Below the pieces are notes generated by a model. That model was given only the letters and a program-made list of their open reading frames with translations, was not told where the DNA came from and made no database searches. 64,000 nucleotides of DNA from Candidatus Moraniibacteriota bacterium (lineage in GTDB: Bacteria; Patescibacteriota; Minisyncoccia; Moranbacterales; UBA1568): the NCBI GenBank assembly GCA_963743885.1, contig CAVURJ010000002.1:433706-497705 (forward strand), read 5' to 3'. Position numbers and translations under genes: made by a program. This document shows positions 20,192-28,451 of this stretch, piece after piece (within the stretch, counting starts at the first letter, position 1; every line of letters begins with the position of its first letter).

Positions 20192-20765
20192 TTACGAAAT
20201 ATAGGTTTCGGTCCCTCGCCGGACATTATCGATTATCTGATTGAATTGCACTGCGGCGACTGCTTTAGGATCTTCTGATGAGTAGGCTCCGCGTATCTTT
20301 AAGAGCTTATCAGAGAGCCTTATCCTGCACCAGATTGTCAGGCATTGAGTAAAATATATTCTTTTTCATGAACGACTGCTCCTCTCCCTTCTTGTTCTTG
20401 TAGACCACCTCGATCACGGATGCCTTTAGGAAAACTCCTCCAGCTTTTTTTATAACGTCCCTGATGTCTGAATCGGAGATGTCTGGATCAACCTGCATTT
20501 GCCTGAGTGTTTTGGCATCGAGGTGCTGCTTGCTCTTTTTCAAAAGTGTTTTATCATCGAGGCCAACCTCTACCAGAAGAGACTTCCAGCCGTCTGAATC
20601 TTTGAGTTTTTGAGGATTTTTGGCGTAGGCCGGTGAAAATCCAGCCTCAGACATAGCCGGGCTTATTTTTCCACCATTTTCCAACGCAATCTTCAAAGCC
20701 TTTCTTTGTCGCATTGTTGGCTCTTTTTTCAGATTTTTTTTGCTCTTTACGGCCTTCTTCGGCAT
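20192..20765 (-). CDS. terS: Terminase small subunit (apparent 1-nt frameshift near 20310)
   Basis: N-terminal HTH (AMSEAGFSPAYAKNP). The natural C-terminus DKLLKIRGAY...TYIS* continues in the shifted frame to 10 bp before the TerL ATG. Confidence 0.7.
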
Positions 20766-20773
20766 ACTTCTGG

Positions 20774-21166
20774 CTATTCCTTAGGCGAATAATATATATT
20801 TATATGCTTTATCTTGTGCACTAACATGTTAAGAGCAGACGAAAAGCCTTCTGCTGATTCCTGGGTAAATGCTCTCTCTGCCACATTACGATCGTGGATG
20901 CCTCTTTCATCGCATGCTTTTCGCAGCCATTCTCTCTCGCCTTCCACGACACAAAGAATCTTTTCTAGATATGATTCGACAGCTTTATCGCAGCATGAAA
21001 CCATATCCGTTCCGATCATGTCGGCATGGATACTCGGAGGGAGGACGAGATGTCTTCCTTCTTTTACATTTGCAAGTGGAGTAAACTTCTCACACGGACC
21101 AGCGTGCATCTTTCCACAAAAATCACACCATGTTCCTTCCGTTTTCTTCAATTGATCTCCTATCAT
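20774..21166 (-). CDS. Hypothetical phage protein (CxxCxxxHxxxC)
   Basis: MIGDQLKKTEGTWCDFCGKMHAGPC. Confidence 0.5.
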   Translation of the reverse strand: MIGDQLKKTEGTWCDFCGKMHAGPCEKFTPLANVKEGRHLVLPPSIHADMIGTDMVSCCDKAVESYLEKILCVVEGEREWLRKACDERGIHDRNVAERAFTQESAEGFSSALNMLVHKIKHINIYYSPKE

Positions 21167-21170
21167 ATGT

Positions 21171-21436
21171 TTAAAAAATAGGCTTAGGAACTCGTCCGTT
21201 CTCACAGAGCTCACACTCAATCTCCGTCGTGGTGCAATGCTCACACATGCAGTCGTGCTCAGTGTATCCTTTCCCATCACACGCCGGGCATGGATCGGTA
21301 GACTCGAGAATATCAAGGCGCTCCCGGAGCATCTTGATGATCTTTATGAGGCTACTATCACCAAAGGCCTTTTCAGCCCCCACACGATTGAACGCTGACA
21401 GCAGCTCTTTTCCAATTCTTCGATTTCCTGTTCCAT
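21171..21436 (-). CDS. DnaJ-like zinc-ribbon protein (apparent frameshift near 21408)
   Basis: CPACDGKG...CELCENG; MEQEIEELEK joins ELLSAFNRV if one A is added. Confidence 0.5.
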
Positions 21437-21446
21437 ACCATTCCGG

Positions 21447-21746
21447 CTATTCCTTATCCTTCCCGAAAAACCCTGCCACCGCCTTCTTCAAAGAATCCAC
21501 CTTCTCAGCGATAAACGCCTTCCGCTGCTGCCGTGCGACATACCGCATGATCTTCTTCTGATTCGCCTCCATCTTCCGCTGCCGCTCCATCATGAACTCC
21601 GGGGACTGCTTCCCGATGAACTGCTTCAGCTGGAGAAGGAGATCAGCGAGATCCTCATCGCTGAGATAGGCTATCGGGCAGCTGCCACCGGACCATATCT
21701 CCAGACGGTCGTCATTCTTGTTGAACTTAAGCTTGAGCTTAGACAT
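21447..21746 (-). CDS. Hypothetical phage protein
   Basis: Start MSKLKL; tightly packed in the operon. Confidence 0.5.
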   Translation of the reverse strand: MSKLKLKFNKNDDRLEIWSGGSCPIAYLSDEDLADLLLQLKQFIGKQSPEFMMERQRKMEANQKKIMRYVARQQRKAFIAEKVDSLKKAVAGFFGKDKE

Positions 21747-21750
21747 ACGG

Positions 21751-22062
21751 TTATCTGTTATCAAAATGGATAAAAATGCCCCTTCTCGTCGCCGGCGTGA
21801 TGATGATAGCGGCATCCTGCCGTATCCACCCGCCCCGGCGCAGGAACGACACGATAGGGGCTATATACGCCGATTCAGGAAACGTCCCGGCTCTGATGCC
21901 TATCTCAACCGCTATCGCCTCTTCTGGACGCGCTAGAGATGCCATGAGCGCATCCCTGACGGCATCCGTCATGGTAGTCTTGCGGGCGGAGCGGATTGCC
22001 CAATTCAGGCGCCGGTGCTCCTTCTGCGTAGCCACCTCGATGTCGATTTTTATTTGGGGCAT
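21751..22062 (-). CDS. Hypothetical phage protein
   Basis: 103-aa ORF, tightly packed. Confidence 0.5.
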   Translation of the reverse strand: MPQIKIDIEVATQKEHRRLNWAIRSARKTTMTDAVRDALMASLARPEEAIAVEIGIRAGTFPESAYIAPIVSFLRRGGWIRQDAAIIITPATRRGIFIHFDNR

Positions 22063-22073
22063 ATGAAAAATAC

Positions 22074-22355
22074 TTAGATGTTCGGGTGCACCTCTGACTT
22101 AATACGACGTTCTAGGTCTTCGAGATGGCACTCGATACCTGAAATATTCCCTTCAAAATCCCTGAAGTCTCTGGTTGCTAATAGCTTCCCAACCTCTACA
22201 AATATCTCTTCCCATGATGGAACTAATGCGTCTCTAAAATGGAAAGCTTTACCAAACTCCTTCCGACGGACACTATCAGTAGCAGCCATCTTCTCATTGA
22301 GAAGCTCAAGCCTCTCACACTTTGCGACCAACTCCTCCTTCGTGACCTTAGACAT
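22074..22355 (-). CDS. Hypothetical coiled-coil phage protein
   Basis: 93-aa ORF. Confidence 0.55.
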   Translation of the reverse strand: MSKVTKEELVAKCERLELLNEKMAATDSVRRKEFGKAFHFRDALVPSWEEIFVEVGKLLATRDFRDFEGNISGIECHLEDLERRIKSEVHPNI

Positions 22356-22366
22356 ATTCGTATTGC

Positions 22367-22546
22367 TTACTGGTTACCATCATTACTCTGAAACAGCTGC
22401 TCCTGACCTTCCGCCACCATGTTCGACCTCCGGCACTTCCGGCAGACATGATTCTCGGCGTTCGTCCTCCTGTGCGACTGCGCCCTATTGCCGCACTTGC
22501 ACCTGAAGTACCAGATCCTCCGCTCTTTGTATTTCTTCCCTTCCAT
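22367..22546 (-). CDS. Small zinc-finger protein
   Basis: FRCKCG...VCRKCRR. Confidence 0.5.
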   Translation of the reverse strand: MEGKKYKERRIWYFRCKCGNRAQSHRRTNAENHVCRKCRRSNMVAEGQEQLFQSNDGNQ

Positions 22547-22556
22547 ACCGGTATCG

Positions 22557-22964
22557 CTAAAATCCTCCTGGACGCCTGACAATCCCCGTCACAGCAGCGA
22601 AGGTCGACCGCCTGTCCTTCGACACCTCACAGGCCACCATATCGCCTTCAGCGAGACCGTAGAACGATACCGACTGCTGGATGACTTTGAACGTCTTATC
22701 CGAGACACGGACCGTATTGTCTCCCAGGTAGGTACCGAAGACACTCTCCCTATCCACGTGCCTCATCTGCTTGAAAAACATCGTCCCGTCGCTCTTGATG
22801 ACCATCTTGAGCGCGTCGCCATCTATGAGCTTCGACTTCGAGGCATAGTTCCCAGAAACCGGATACGTAGTCCCGTCAGCGACCATACCCTCCCCATCGA
22901 ACACTCCGTAGACGCAGGACAGCTCCCTTACCGGCTGGCTCCTTTTTGATAGAAAATCCACCAT
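22557..22964 (-). CDS. Homologue of a conserved Patescibacteria protein (GVFDG...NYASKSKL.GD.LK...F.KQ)
   Basis: Motif recognised from memory as a CPR chromosomal hypothetical family. Confidence 0.55.
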   Translation of the reverse strand: MVDFLSKRSQPVRELSCVYGVFDGEGMVADGTTYPVSGNYASKSKLIDGDALKMVIKSDGTMFFKQMRHVDRESVFGTYLGDNTVRVSDKTFKVIQQSVSFYGLAEGDMVACEVSKDRRSTFAAVTGIVRRPGGF

Positions 22965-22975
22965 AATCGCTTTCT

Positions 22976-23134
22976 TTAGAATCTTGTTACTTTTCTGCCG
23001 CACCCATTGCAGCGCTTCAGCTTATACCCTCCGAAATCCCACCAGTGACCTTTCCGCATGACATTCCTTGATCCGCATGTCGGGCAGGCTCCAGTGATGA
23101 TCCTATACGTTCTCAAGAAAATCTTTCGGATCAT
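22976..23134 (-). CDS. Small zinc-ribbon protein (52 aa, not in ORF track)
   Basis: MIRKIFLRTYRIITGACPTCGSRNV...RCNGCGRKVTRF*. Confidence 0.55.
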   Translation of the reverse strand: MIRKIFLRTYRIITGACPTCGSRNVMRKGHWWDFGGYKLKRCNGCGRKVTRF

Positions 23135-23333
23135 ATGCCTTGATGCTGTTTACGGACAATCGCCTCATCTCGTGGTCTTCCCGTATCTTCTGCTTCACGC
23201 CACGAATATCTTGGTAGCAGTGCCGGCAGAGGAAATGCTGCTGGTAGAGATCCACTATCGAGACTACGAACGGCTTCAGCTGGCAGTGGCTGCAGAGAAG
23301 CTTGTTTTTCTTTTTTTTGAATGGGAGCTTCAT
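23103..23333 (-). CDS. Zinc-finger protein
   Basis: CSHC...CRHC. Confidence 0.55.
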   Translation of the reverse strand: MKLPFKKKKNKLLCSHCQLKPFVVSIVDLYQQHFLCRHCYQDIRGVKQKIREDHEMRRLSVNSIKAYDPKDFLENV

Positions 23334-23686
23334 AAGATCTCAATAATGACCATGTCCGACTCTTGCTTTCTCTTCGCTATAAGCGTCACCGACTCCACCA
23401 CCTCGCCGTTATCATCAGGTATCACCTTCGCCGCCACTATCCCGTCGATGATCGGCTTCACGTAGAGATTGTCTGGGTCTCGCCTGTTCCCTCCCTTGAA
23501 CCGAGCCTCGATGCTTATCCTGACCGGGGCGCTGACGACCCGCTTCTCCCTTGGTATCGCCAACGTCTCCATGTACACCACGTTCTTGATATCCGACATC
23601 ACGCTCGACCGCTTCCTCCCATGGAGATTCTGGATATCATTCCAGCTCGGGCAGTACAGGTTTTTTATTTCCAGACGCATAATCAT
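23330..23686 (-). CDS. rusA: RusA-family Holliday junction resolvase
   Basis: PSWN, RRDPDNLYVKPIIDGIV...IPDDN. Confidence 0.8.
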   Translation of the reverse strand: MIMRLEIKNLYCPSWNDIQNLHGRKRSSVMSDIKNVVYMETLAIPREKRVVSAPVRISIEARFKGGNRRDPDNLYVKPIIDGIVAAKVIPDDNGEVVESVTLIAKRKQESDMVIIEIL

Positions 23687-24063
23687 GCAAACTCTTCAGG
23701 TATCACTACATTGTCAGGATGCTCACGGAAGAGCTCAGCCATACGCTCTACCGGATACCCAGCTATCCCGCACCCGACCTTCGTCACGAGAAACGTATGC
23801 TTCGGCATCAGTCTCGCTGTACGGAAAAGCGTCTCAGCGCTCTCTTTCAACTCATCATCCGTACGCTTCTCGAAATCCTTTCCGAGAGTAGGGAAGGCGT
23901 AGCATCTACCAGTCAGACCTTCCCCCTTCCCAAAACATGCTCCGAACCTCTCGGAAGCAACCTTCGCGGCTCCTCCGGAATGGATACCTGCGAGATTGCT
24001 CCCGAAGACGAATATCTCTCCTTCCGCGAGCTCTTGGATGTTTTCCGGAGTGTACCTAGTCAT
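23683..24063 (-). CDS. A1S_2505-family phage non-structural protein
   Basis: EIFVFGSNLAGIHSGGAA...GEGLTGRCYAFPT...FLVTKVGCGIAGY. Confidence 0.75.
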   Translation of the reverse strand: MTRYTPENIQELAEGEIFVFGSNLAGIHSGGAAKVASERFGACFGKGEGLTGRCYAFPTLGKDFEKRTDDELKESAETLFRTARLMPKHTFLVTKVGCGIAGYPVERMAELFREHPDNVVIPEEFA

Positions 24064-25489
24064 ACCACTCTTCCTTTGGCACTTCCCGGATTACCTTAAG
24101 CTCTGACGTCCTGACCTTCCCATCACAGTCATTCGCGACCACTATCGACCTCTTCGGCACCTCACACTCGAGGAGCGCCATGTCTTCCCATCCACGTCCG
24201 AACGCGAGAGCCCAGTTCTTGTCCGCTACATGCAGGCCGTAGGAGCAGCTTGATTCCTTGTCTTTGTTCACTTCGCATTCCGACTTCTTCCCCACCTCAT
24301 ACATGAACGATCTATCATAATCGGAATAGAACCTCACATCTCTCTTGTGAACCGCCTTGTATAGAATCGCGTTCTTTCCCTTCACGACGATCGGATACCG
24401 CTTGGCATAATCCTCGAACGTCGGCTTGAATGCTGGTATCACGATGAGATGAGAATCCTTGTTCATCTTCACGGTGACATACTCCTTCTGTCCGTTCATG
24501 ATACGCACGACGTTGTATCCGTGGCACTCGATGGACTTCGCAGAATATGCCGATACCATCGCCTCTCCGTAAAGCTTGACCTGAGAGCTTTCCCGCATCT
24601 CGCGGACCTGAGAGCTTTCCCGCATCTCGCGGACCTGAGAGCTTTCCCGCATCACGCCGACCTGAGAGCTTTCCCGCATCTCGCGGACCTGAGAGCTTTC
24701 CCGCATCACGCCGACCTGAGAGCTTTCCCACATCACGCGGACCTGAGAGCTTTCCCGCATCACGCCGACCTGAGAGCTTTCCCGCATCACGCCGACCTGA
24801 GAGCTTTCCCGCATCTCGCGGACCTGAGAGCTTTCCCGCATCACGCGGACCTGAGAGCTTTCCCGCATCACGCCGACCTGAGAGCTTTCCCGCATCACGC
24901 CGACCTGAGAGCTTTCCCGCATCTCGCGGACCTGAGAGCTTTCCCGCATCACGCCGACCTGAGAGCTTTCCCGCATCTCGCGGACCTGAGAGCTTTCCCG
25001 CATCACGCGGACCTGAGAGCTTTCCCGCATCACGCCGACCTGAGAGCTTTCCCACATCACGCGGACCTGAGAGCTTTCCCGCATCACGCCGACCTGAGAG
25101 CTTTCCCGCATCACGCCGACCTGAGAGCTTTCCCACATCTCGCGGACCTGAGAGCTTTCCCGCATCACGCCGACCTGAGAGCTTTCCCGCATCACGCCGA
25201 CCTGAGAGCTTTCCCGCATCTCGCGGACCTGAGCATCTCCTGAAAGATTCAGGAATGCCTCACCTTTGGAAATGACAACCGCATTCTCAAAATTGCGCTC
25301 GTACACGATAGGATCCTCGTACGTACCACCTTCGATGTAGATCGTGCCTTCAAAATCAGGCTTGATCTTATCGAGGTCTTTTTGTTTTCTAACGATTATT
25401 TCCTTTGACATAGCCATTTTGTGCTTATGTTCTGAAATTAAGAGATACGCTATACCGACCGCTGCGGCGGAAAAAAATATCATAGTCAT
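24056..25489 (-). CDS. Phage protein with 9-aa tandem repeats and conserved C-terminal domain
   Basis: About 24 x MRESSQV(G/R)(V/E); C-terminus YKAV...YEVGK...CSYGLHV...DGKVR, common in phages. Confidence 0.75.
   Translation of the reverse strand: MTMIFFSAAAVGIAYLLISEHKHKMAMSKEIIVRKQKDLDKIKPDFEGTIYIEGGTYEDPIVYERNFENAVVISKGEAFLNLSGDAQVREMRESSQVGVMRESSQVGVMRESSQVREMWESSQVGVMRESSQVGVMRESSQVRVMWESSQVGVMRESSQVRVMRESSQVREMRESSQVGVMRESSQVREMRESSQVGVMRESSQVGVMRESSQVRVMRESSQVREMRESSQVGVMRESSQVGVMRESSQVRVMWESSQVGVMRESSQVREMRESSQVGVMRESSQVREMRESSQVREMRESSQVKLYGEAMVSAYSAKSIECHGYNVVRIMNGQKEYVTVKMNKDSHLIVIPAFKPTFEDYAKRYPIVVKGKNAILYKAVHKRDVRFYSDYDRSFMYEVGKKSECEVNKDKESSCSYGLHVADKNWALAFGRGWEDMALLECEVPKRSIVVANDCDGKVRTSELKVIREVPKEEWYD
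24578..25233. repeat. 27-bp coding tandem repeat, about 24 copies
   Basis: gacctgagagctttcccgcatc(a/t)cgc(c/g) repeated head to tail. Confidence 0.95.
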
Positions 25490-25866
25490 ACTCCTGCCGC
25501 TACCGGATTACTCTCGAGACTCTCCACGCGCGCCGACTCCTGCCCCTTCGCGAACTCCCTCCGCTCACGAAGCTTGCAGAGCGCACCGTACTTGAGTCTC
25601 AGGAACCGGTACTCCGGCAGCTTATCGACCACGAACGATCCTGTCGGATAGGCCTGACTGTATCGGAAAATCCCATTCTCATGCAGGTAGAGCTCAAACC
25701 CAGAAAGATTCCGCTCAAATCGCCCATACCCAGCGAGGACAGTGACCACCCGCTGCTCGTACGGCGCGAGCTCCTTCTCGAACTCGAGGACGACGCGCTT
25801 GTCGTTCTGGTTGTCGATGTTAAAAGGCTCTCCTCTCTCTTCTTGTGTTGTTTTAGTGAAACCCAT
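25486..25866 (-). CDS. Hypothetical phage protein downstream of the initiator
   Basis: 126-aa ORF. Confidence 0.55.
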   Translation of the reverse strand: MGFTKTTQEERGEPFNIDNQNDKRVVLEFEKELAPYEQRVVTVLAGYGRFERNLSGFELYLHENGIFRYSQAYPTGSFVVDKLPEYRFLRLKYGALCKLRERREFAKGQESARVESLESNPVAAGV

Positions 25867-25871
25867 AAGGA

Positions 25872-26726
25872 TTACTTCTTTGCGTTGATTAGAAATGTCT
25901 TGAGCGTGTGGAGGTTAAAATCCGTCACGTAGTCCGCGGCCATCATGCGCTTTATCGCCGCGCCGATCTGGTCATCATCGAACACTGAGAGATCTTTCGC
26001 CGCCTTCATCATCGGCTTGGACCATGCATGCCACTGGGCTACCGTCCGGAATCCAGGATCTCGTCCGGAGATACGGAGCTCATCCGCCCACTCCGCGATG
26101 ATCTTGATATGCCGAGACTCATGCCGGCGGAACCATTCCACGAACTGGAAGCACTGCATCGGCTCATGATTCTCGCAAAGGTACCGTCCGCGCATCGGGG
26201 CATTCTTGCATCCCTCTTTCGCACACGTGGAGGCCGGTGCGCCTTGCGCAGCGGAACCTTCTCTTTGTGTTACCTTCTCTTCTGTGTTACCTTCCATTGC
26301 CCTGGTGTCACCCGGCTTTATGTCGTTTTTGTCACCCGGACCGGTTGCCCGTATGTCACTCGGCTCCGGTTGCCCTAGTGTCACCCGGCTCGACTTCCAT
26401 TGCGATTGATCGACGAGGACGTATATATTCTTCATCTGACGCTTCGTCCTCTCATCCCTCCGTCGGATGACAGTGATGATAGAGCACTCCTCAAGCTTCT
26501 TGATTGACCGTATGACAGTGCGAGTAGTCATGCCATGCTGCTTGGCTATCCCAGCGATGCTTGGGAAGCATTCCTGACGCGTGTCAGCGTGCCGGCAGAG
26601 GCTCATGTAGACGCATGTTGCCGCTGCACCACAAATCTCCGAATATCCTCCATCGAGGTACTCGTCATCAATGCGGAACATCTGCCGGCGCCGCTTATCC
26701 CTGATCTCTATCTGCTTATCTTGCAT
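25872..26726 (-). CDS. Phage replication initiator (N-terminal wHTH)
   Basis: VYMSLCRHAD...CFPSIAGIAKQHGMTTRTVIRSIKKLEE; internal iterons. Confidence 0.75.
   Translation of the reverse strand: MQDKQIEIRDKRRRQMFRIDDEYLDGGYSEICGAAATCVYMSLCRHADTRQECFPSIAGIAKQHGMTTRTVIRSIKKLEECSIITVIRRRDERTKRQMKNIYVLVDQSQWKSSRVTLGQPEPSDIRATGPGDKNDIKPGDTRAMEGNTEEKVTQREGSAAQGAPASTCAKEGCKNAPMRGRYLCENHEPMQCFQFVEWFRRHESRHIKIIAEWADELRISGRDPGFRTVAQWHAWSKPMMKAAKDLSVFDDDQIGAAIKRMMAADYVTDFNLHTLKTFLINAKK
26306..26388. repeat. Four iterons (putative phage origin)
   Basis: tgtcac(c/t)cgg at 26306, 26330, 26354 and 26379. Confidence 0.7.
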
Positions 26727-26971
26727 ACACGATTCCTTCTGATCACCCAGCAATGGTTTAGCTGCCCGTACGCCCCCATCCGACACTCATCCGTCTTGAT
26801 GAGCATTCCGACCTTCGTCATGTCGGTCATCGCCCGCCTGATCGAGGTGATTGGCGCTCTCAAACCGGAGAGCTTCAGCACTTCGAACGGCGTGAACGAC
26901 AGTCCGCGATTCTTCCCAGAGAAGACCTCAAGGATCTTCTGTTCCTGGAAATTAGCGTTCTTGATACCCAT
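26708..26971 (-). CDS. Small winged-helix DNA-binding protein
   Basis: FTPFEV...ITSIRRAMTDMTKVGMLIKT...HCW. Confidence 0.65.
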   Translation of the reverse strand: MGIKNANFQEQKILEVFSGKNRGLSFTPFEVLKLSGLRAPITSIRRAMTDMTKVGMLIKTDECRMGAYGQLNHCWVIRRNRVCKISR

Positions 26972-27002
26972 ATGATGCGTTTAATGTTCATCGGGCGCCC
27001 TA

Positions 27003-27581
27003 TTAGAACTGCTTGATGTATTCGCAGCTCTCCGTGGCGTCACCGGTGTTGTAGAGGCAAAGAAGCTGCTTATCGCTCATTCCGAGCGCCTTCCTATGTG
27101 CTACCCAGCCGGCCACCGCCTTTGTATCCTCGTCCTTCTCGAAGCAGACATAGCTCCCGTCGCCCGGGATGTCGAATCCATACCGGTTATACTTTCCGAT
27201 AGCCTCGCACTTGGAGTAGTTCTTCACTCCGCGCGAAGACTCCTTCATGAAGATGTAATCGACGAGATCCTTTTCAGGCGCCGCCTCTACCTCGATCTGC
27301 TTCGCATACGCCACAGGTACAATCGACGGATTCTCGAATGCGAAGTCGTTCGGCTTGATGAAGTCAGCTGTCTCCTCCCTGACGAATCGCATGGTATCTG
27401 CGCCTTCGTAGCGGTAGGAAATGATGCTGAACGTCCATCCTATGCCAATCGAGAGCATGAGAGCTCCGATGAATACCTTGGAAGACGTGATGCGCTTGTA
27501 CTGCTTTCCGGCATACTGCCAAATAGGGCGAAATGCCTGCCTAACCTTGAGCTTGATGATGAACCACATATGATTCTGCAC
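27003..27581 (-). CDS. Membrane-anchored lysozyme-like/transglycosylase domain protein
   Basis: TM segment, then IFMKESSRG...NRYG...LCLYNTG. Confidence 0.5.
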   Translation of the reverse strand: MQNHMWFIIKLKVRQAFRPIWQYAGKQYKRITSSKVFIGALMLSIGIGWTFSIISYRYEGADTMRFVREETADFIKPNDFAFENPSIVPVAYAKQIEVEAAPEKDLVDYIFMKESSRGVKNYSKCEAIGKYNRYGFDIPGDGSYVCFEKDEDTKAVAGWVAHRKALGMSDKQLLCLYNTGDATESCEYIKQF

Positions 27582-27626
27582 AGCTCACCCAACTGTTTGT
27601 TTTTATTTTTTTAATGCTAGATTCCG

Positions 27627-27941
27627 CTAGATGACATCGGCGCGATTGATGCTGCTCCTGATTCGACGAGAAGTTCCTTCAAGGCTCTGGCAGATTTCTC
27701 CGACTGCCGCTGCCGTCTTTGAAGAAAAGGCTATCTCTCTATCATCGCCAGTAACATCACAACCAAGAGTGTTTGGCCTCTGATCAATGGCACATGAAAA
27801 CTTTTCTTCAAGAAGCGTGGCAAGTTCAGCGAACTCTTTTGCTATGCAAGTAGCCCTGAGAAGCTGCTCTCTGAGAGAACCCTCTTCAGCTGGACACTCG
27901 TCTCCTGGATGCTTGGACGCTGCTTCGCAATTTAAAATCAT
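27627..27941 (-). CDS. Hypothetical phage protein
   Basis: 104 aa; first gene of the leftward operon. Confidence 0.5.
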   Translation of the reverse strand: MILNCEAASKHPGDECPAEEGSLREQLLRATCIAKEFAELATLLEEKFSCAIDQRPNTLGCDVTGDDREIAFSSKTAAAVGEICQSLEGTSRRIRSSINRADVI

Positions 27942-28104
27942 ATGAAAAATGTGATTGGTTTTTTATCAGAGGATCGACCACTTTTTTTTCCTCCTTTCGA
28001 TGAGCTAGGGGGTCTTTCCCTATCGACTCTATGCTCACCGAAAGCAAACAAAAAAAGCTTCTTACGTTTGTAAAAAGCTTTCTTTTTTGCCTTATTTAAG
28101 CACT

Positions 28105-28132
28105 ATGTCCTGCAAGGAACATTATGAGACAT
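28105..28132. other. dif-like Xer recombination site / candidate att site
   Basis: ATGTCCTGCAA-GGAACA-TTATGAGACAT: 11-6-11, AA-N6-TT, TTATG right arm. Confidence 0.55.
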
Positions 28133-28451
28133 TGTATATAAAAACCCCTGGAGAATAAAAGTCTATAAAATGCCTGGCGCGGATATCCGTTTTTATTCCG
28201 TATCACGATATATTTCATCTCTTCGTGTCTACTTCCTCCCCGTCGAGGATCCCTGATATTTTTCCGCTGATCTTTTTTTAAAAAAATAACGGGTATTTAT
28301 TAAGCCCGATTTTACCAGCACTCGCTCGGAAACGTCCCGCCATGGCGGGACGTTTCACTCGCTTCGTTTGATAATAGCAAATAGAATAAAAAAATCCGGG
28401 GGTGTTCCTTGTTCGGAAACTCCCCCGATTTTTATGCGTATCAGTTTTTGC

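Larger units (their letters stand above)
1..28132 (-). mobile_element. Prophage (podovirus-like, P22-type morphogenesis module); continues left of the window
   Basis: Co-oriented TerS-TerL-portal-scaffold-capsid-ejection-tail genes plus replication/RusA early genes. No tape measure or sheath gene. Right end placed at the dif-like site, where host-type genes begin. Confidence 0.9.

Noticed and set aside
20310-20312. TGA recoding (genetic code 25)
   Set aside because: This TGA is followed immediately by TAA; other genes end normally at TGA and prfB is present.
21400-21415. Programmed frameshift in the zinc-ribbon gene
   Set aside because: A single missing A in a short run with no stimulatory signal; more likely a sequencing error or mutation.
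24578-25233. Possible CRISPR array
   Set aside because: Units are head to tail with no unique spacers and are in-frame coding repeats.
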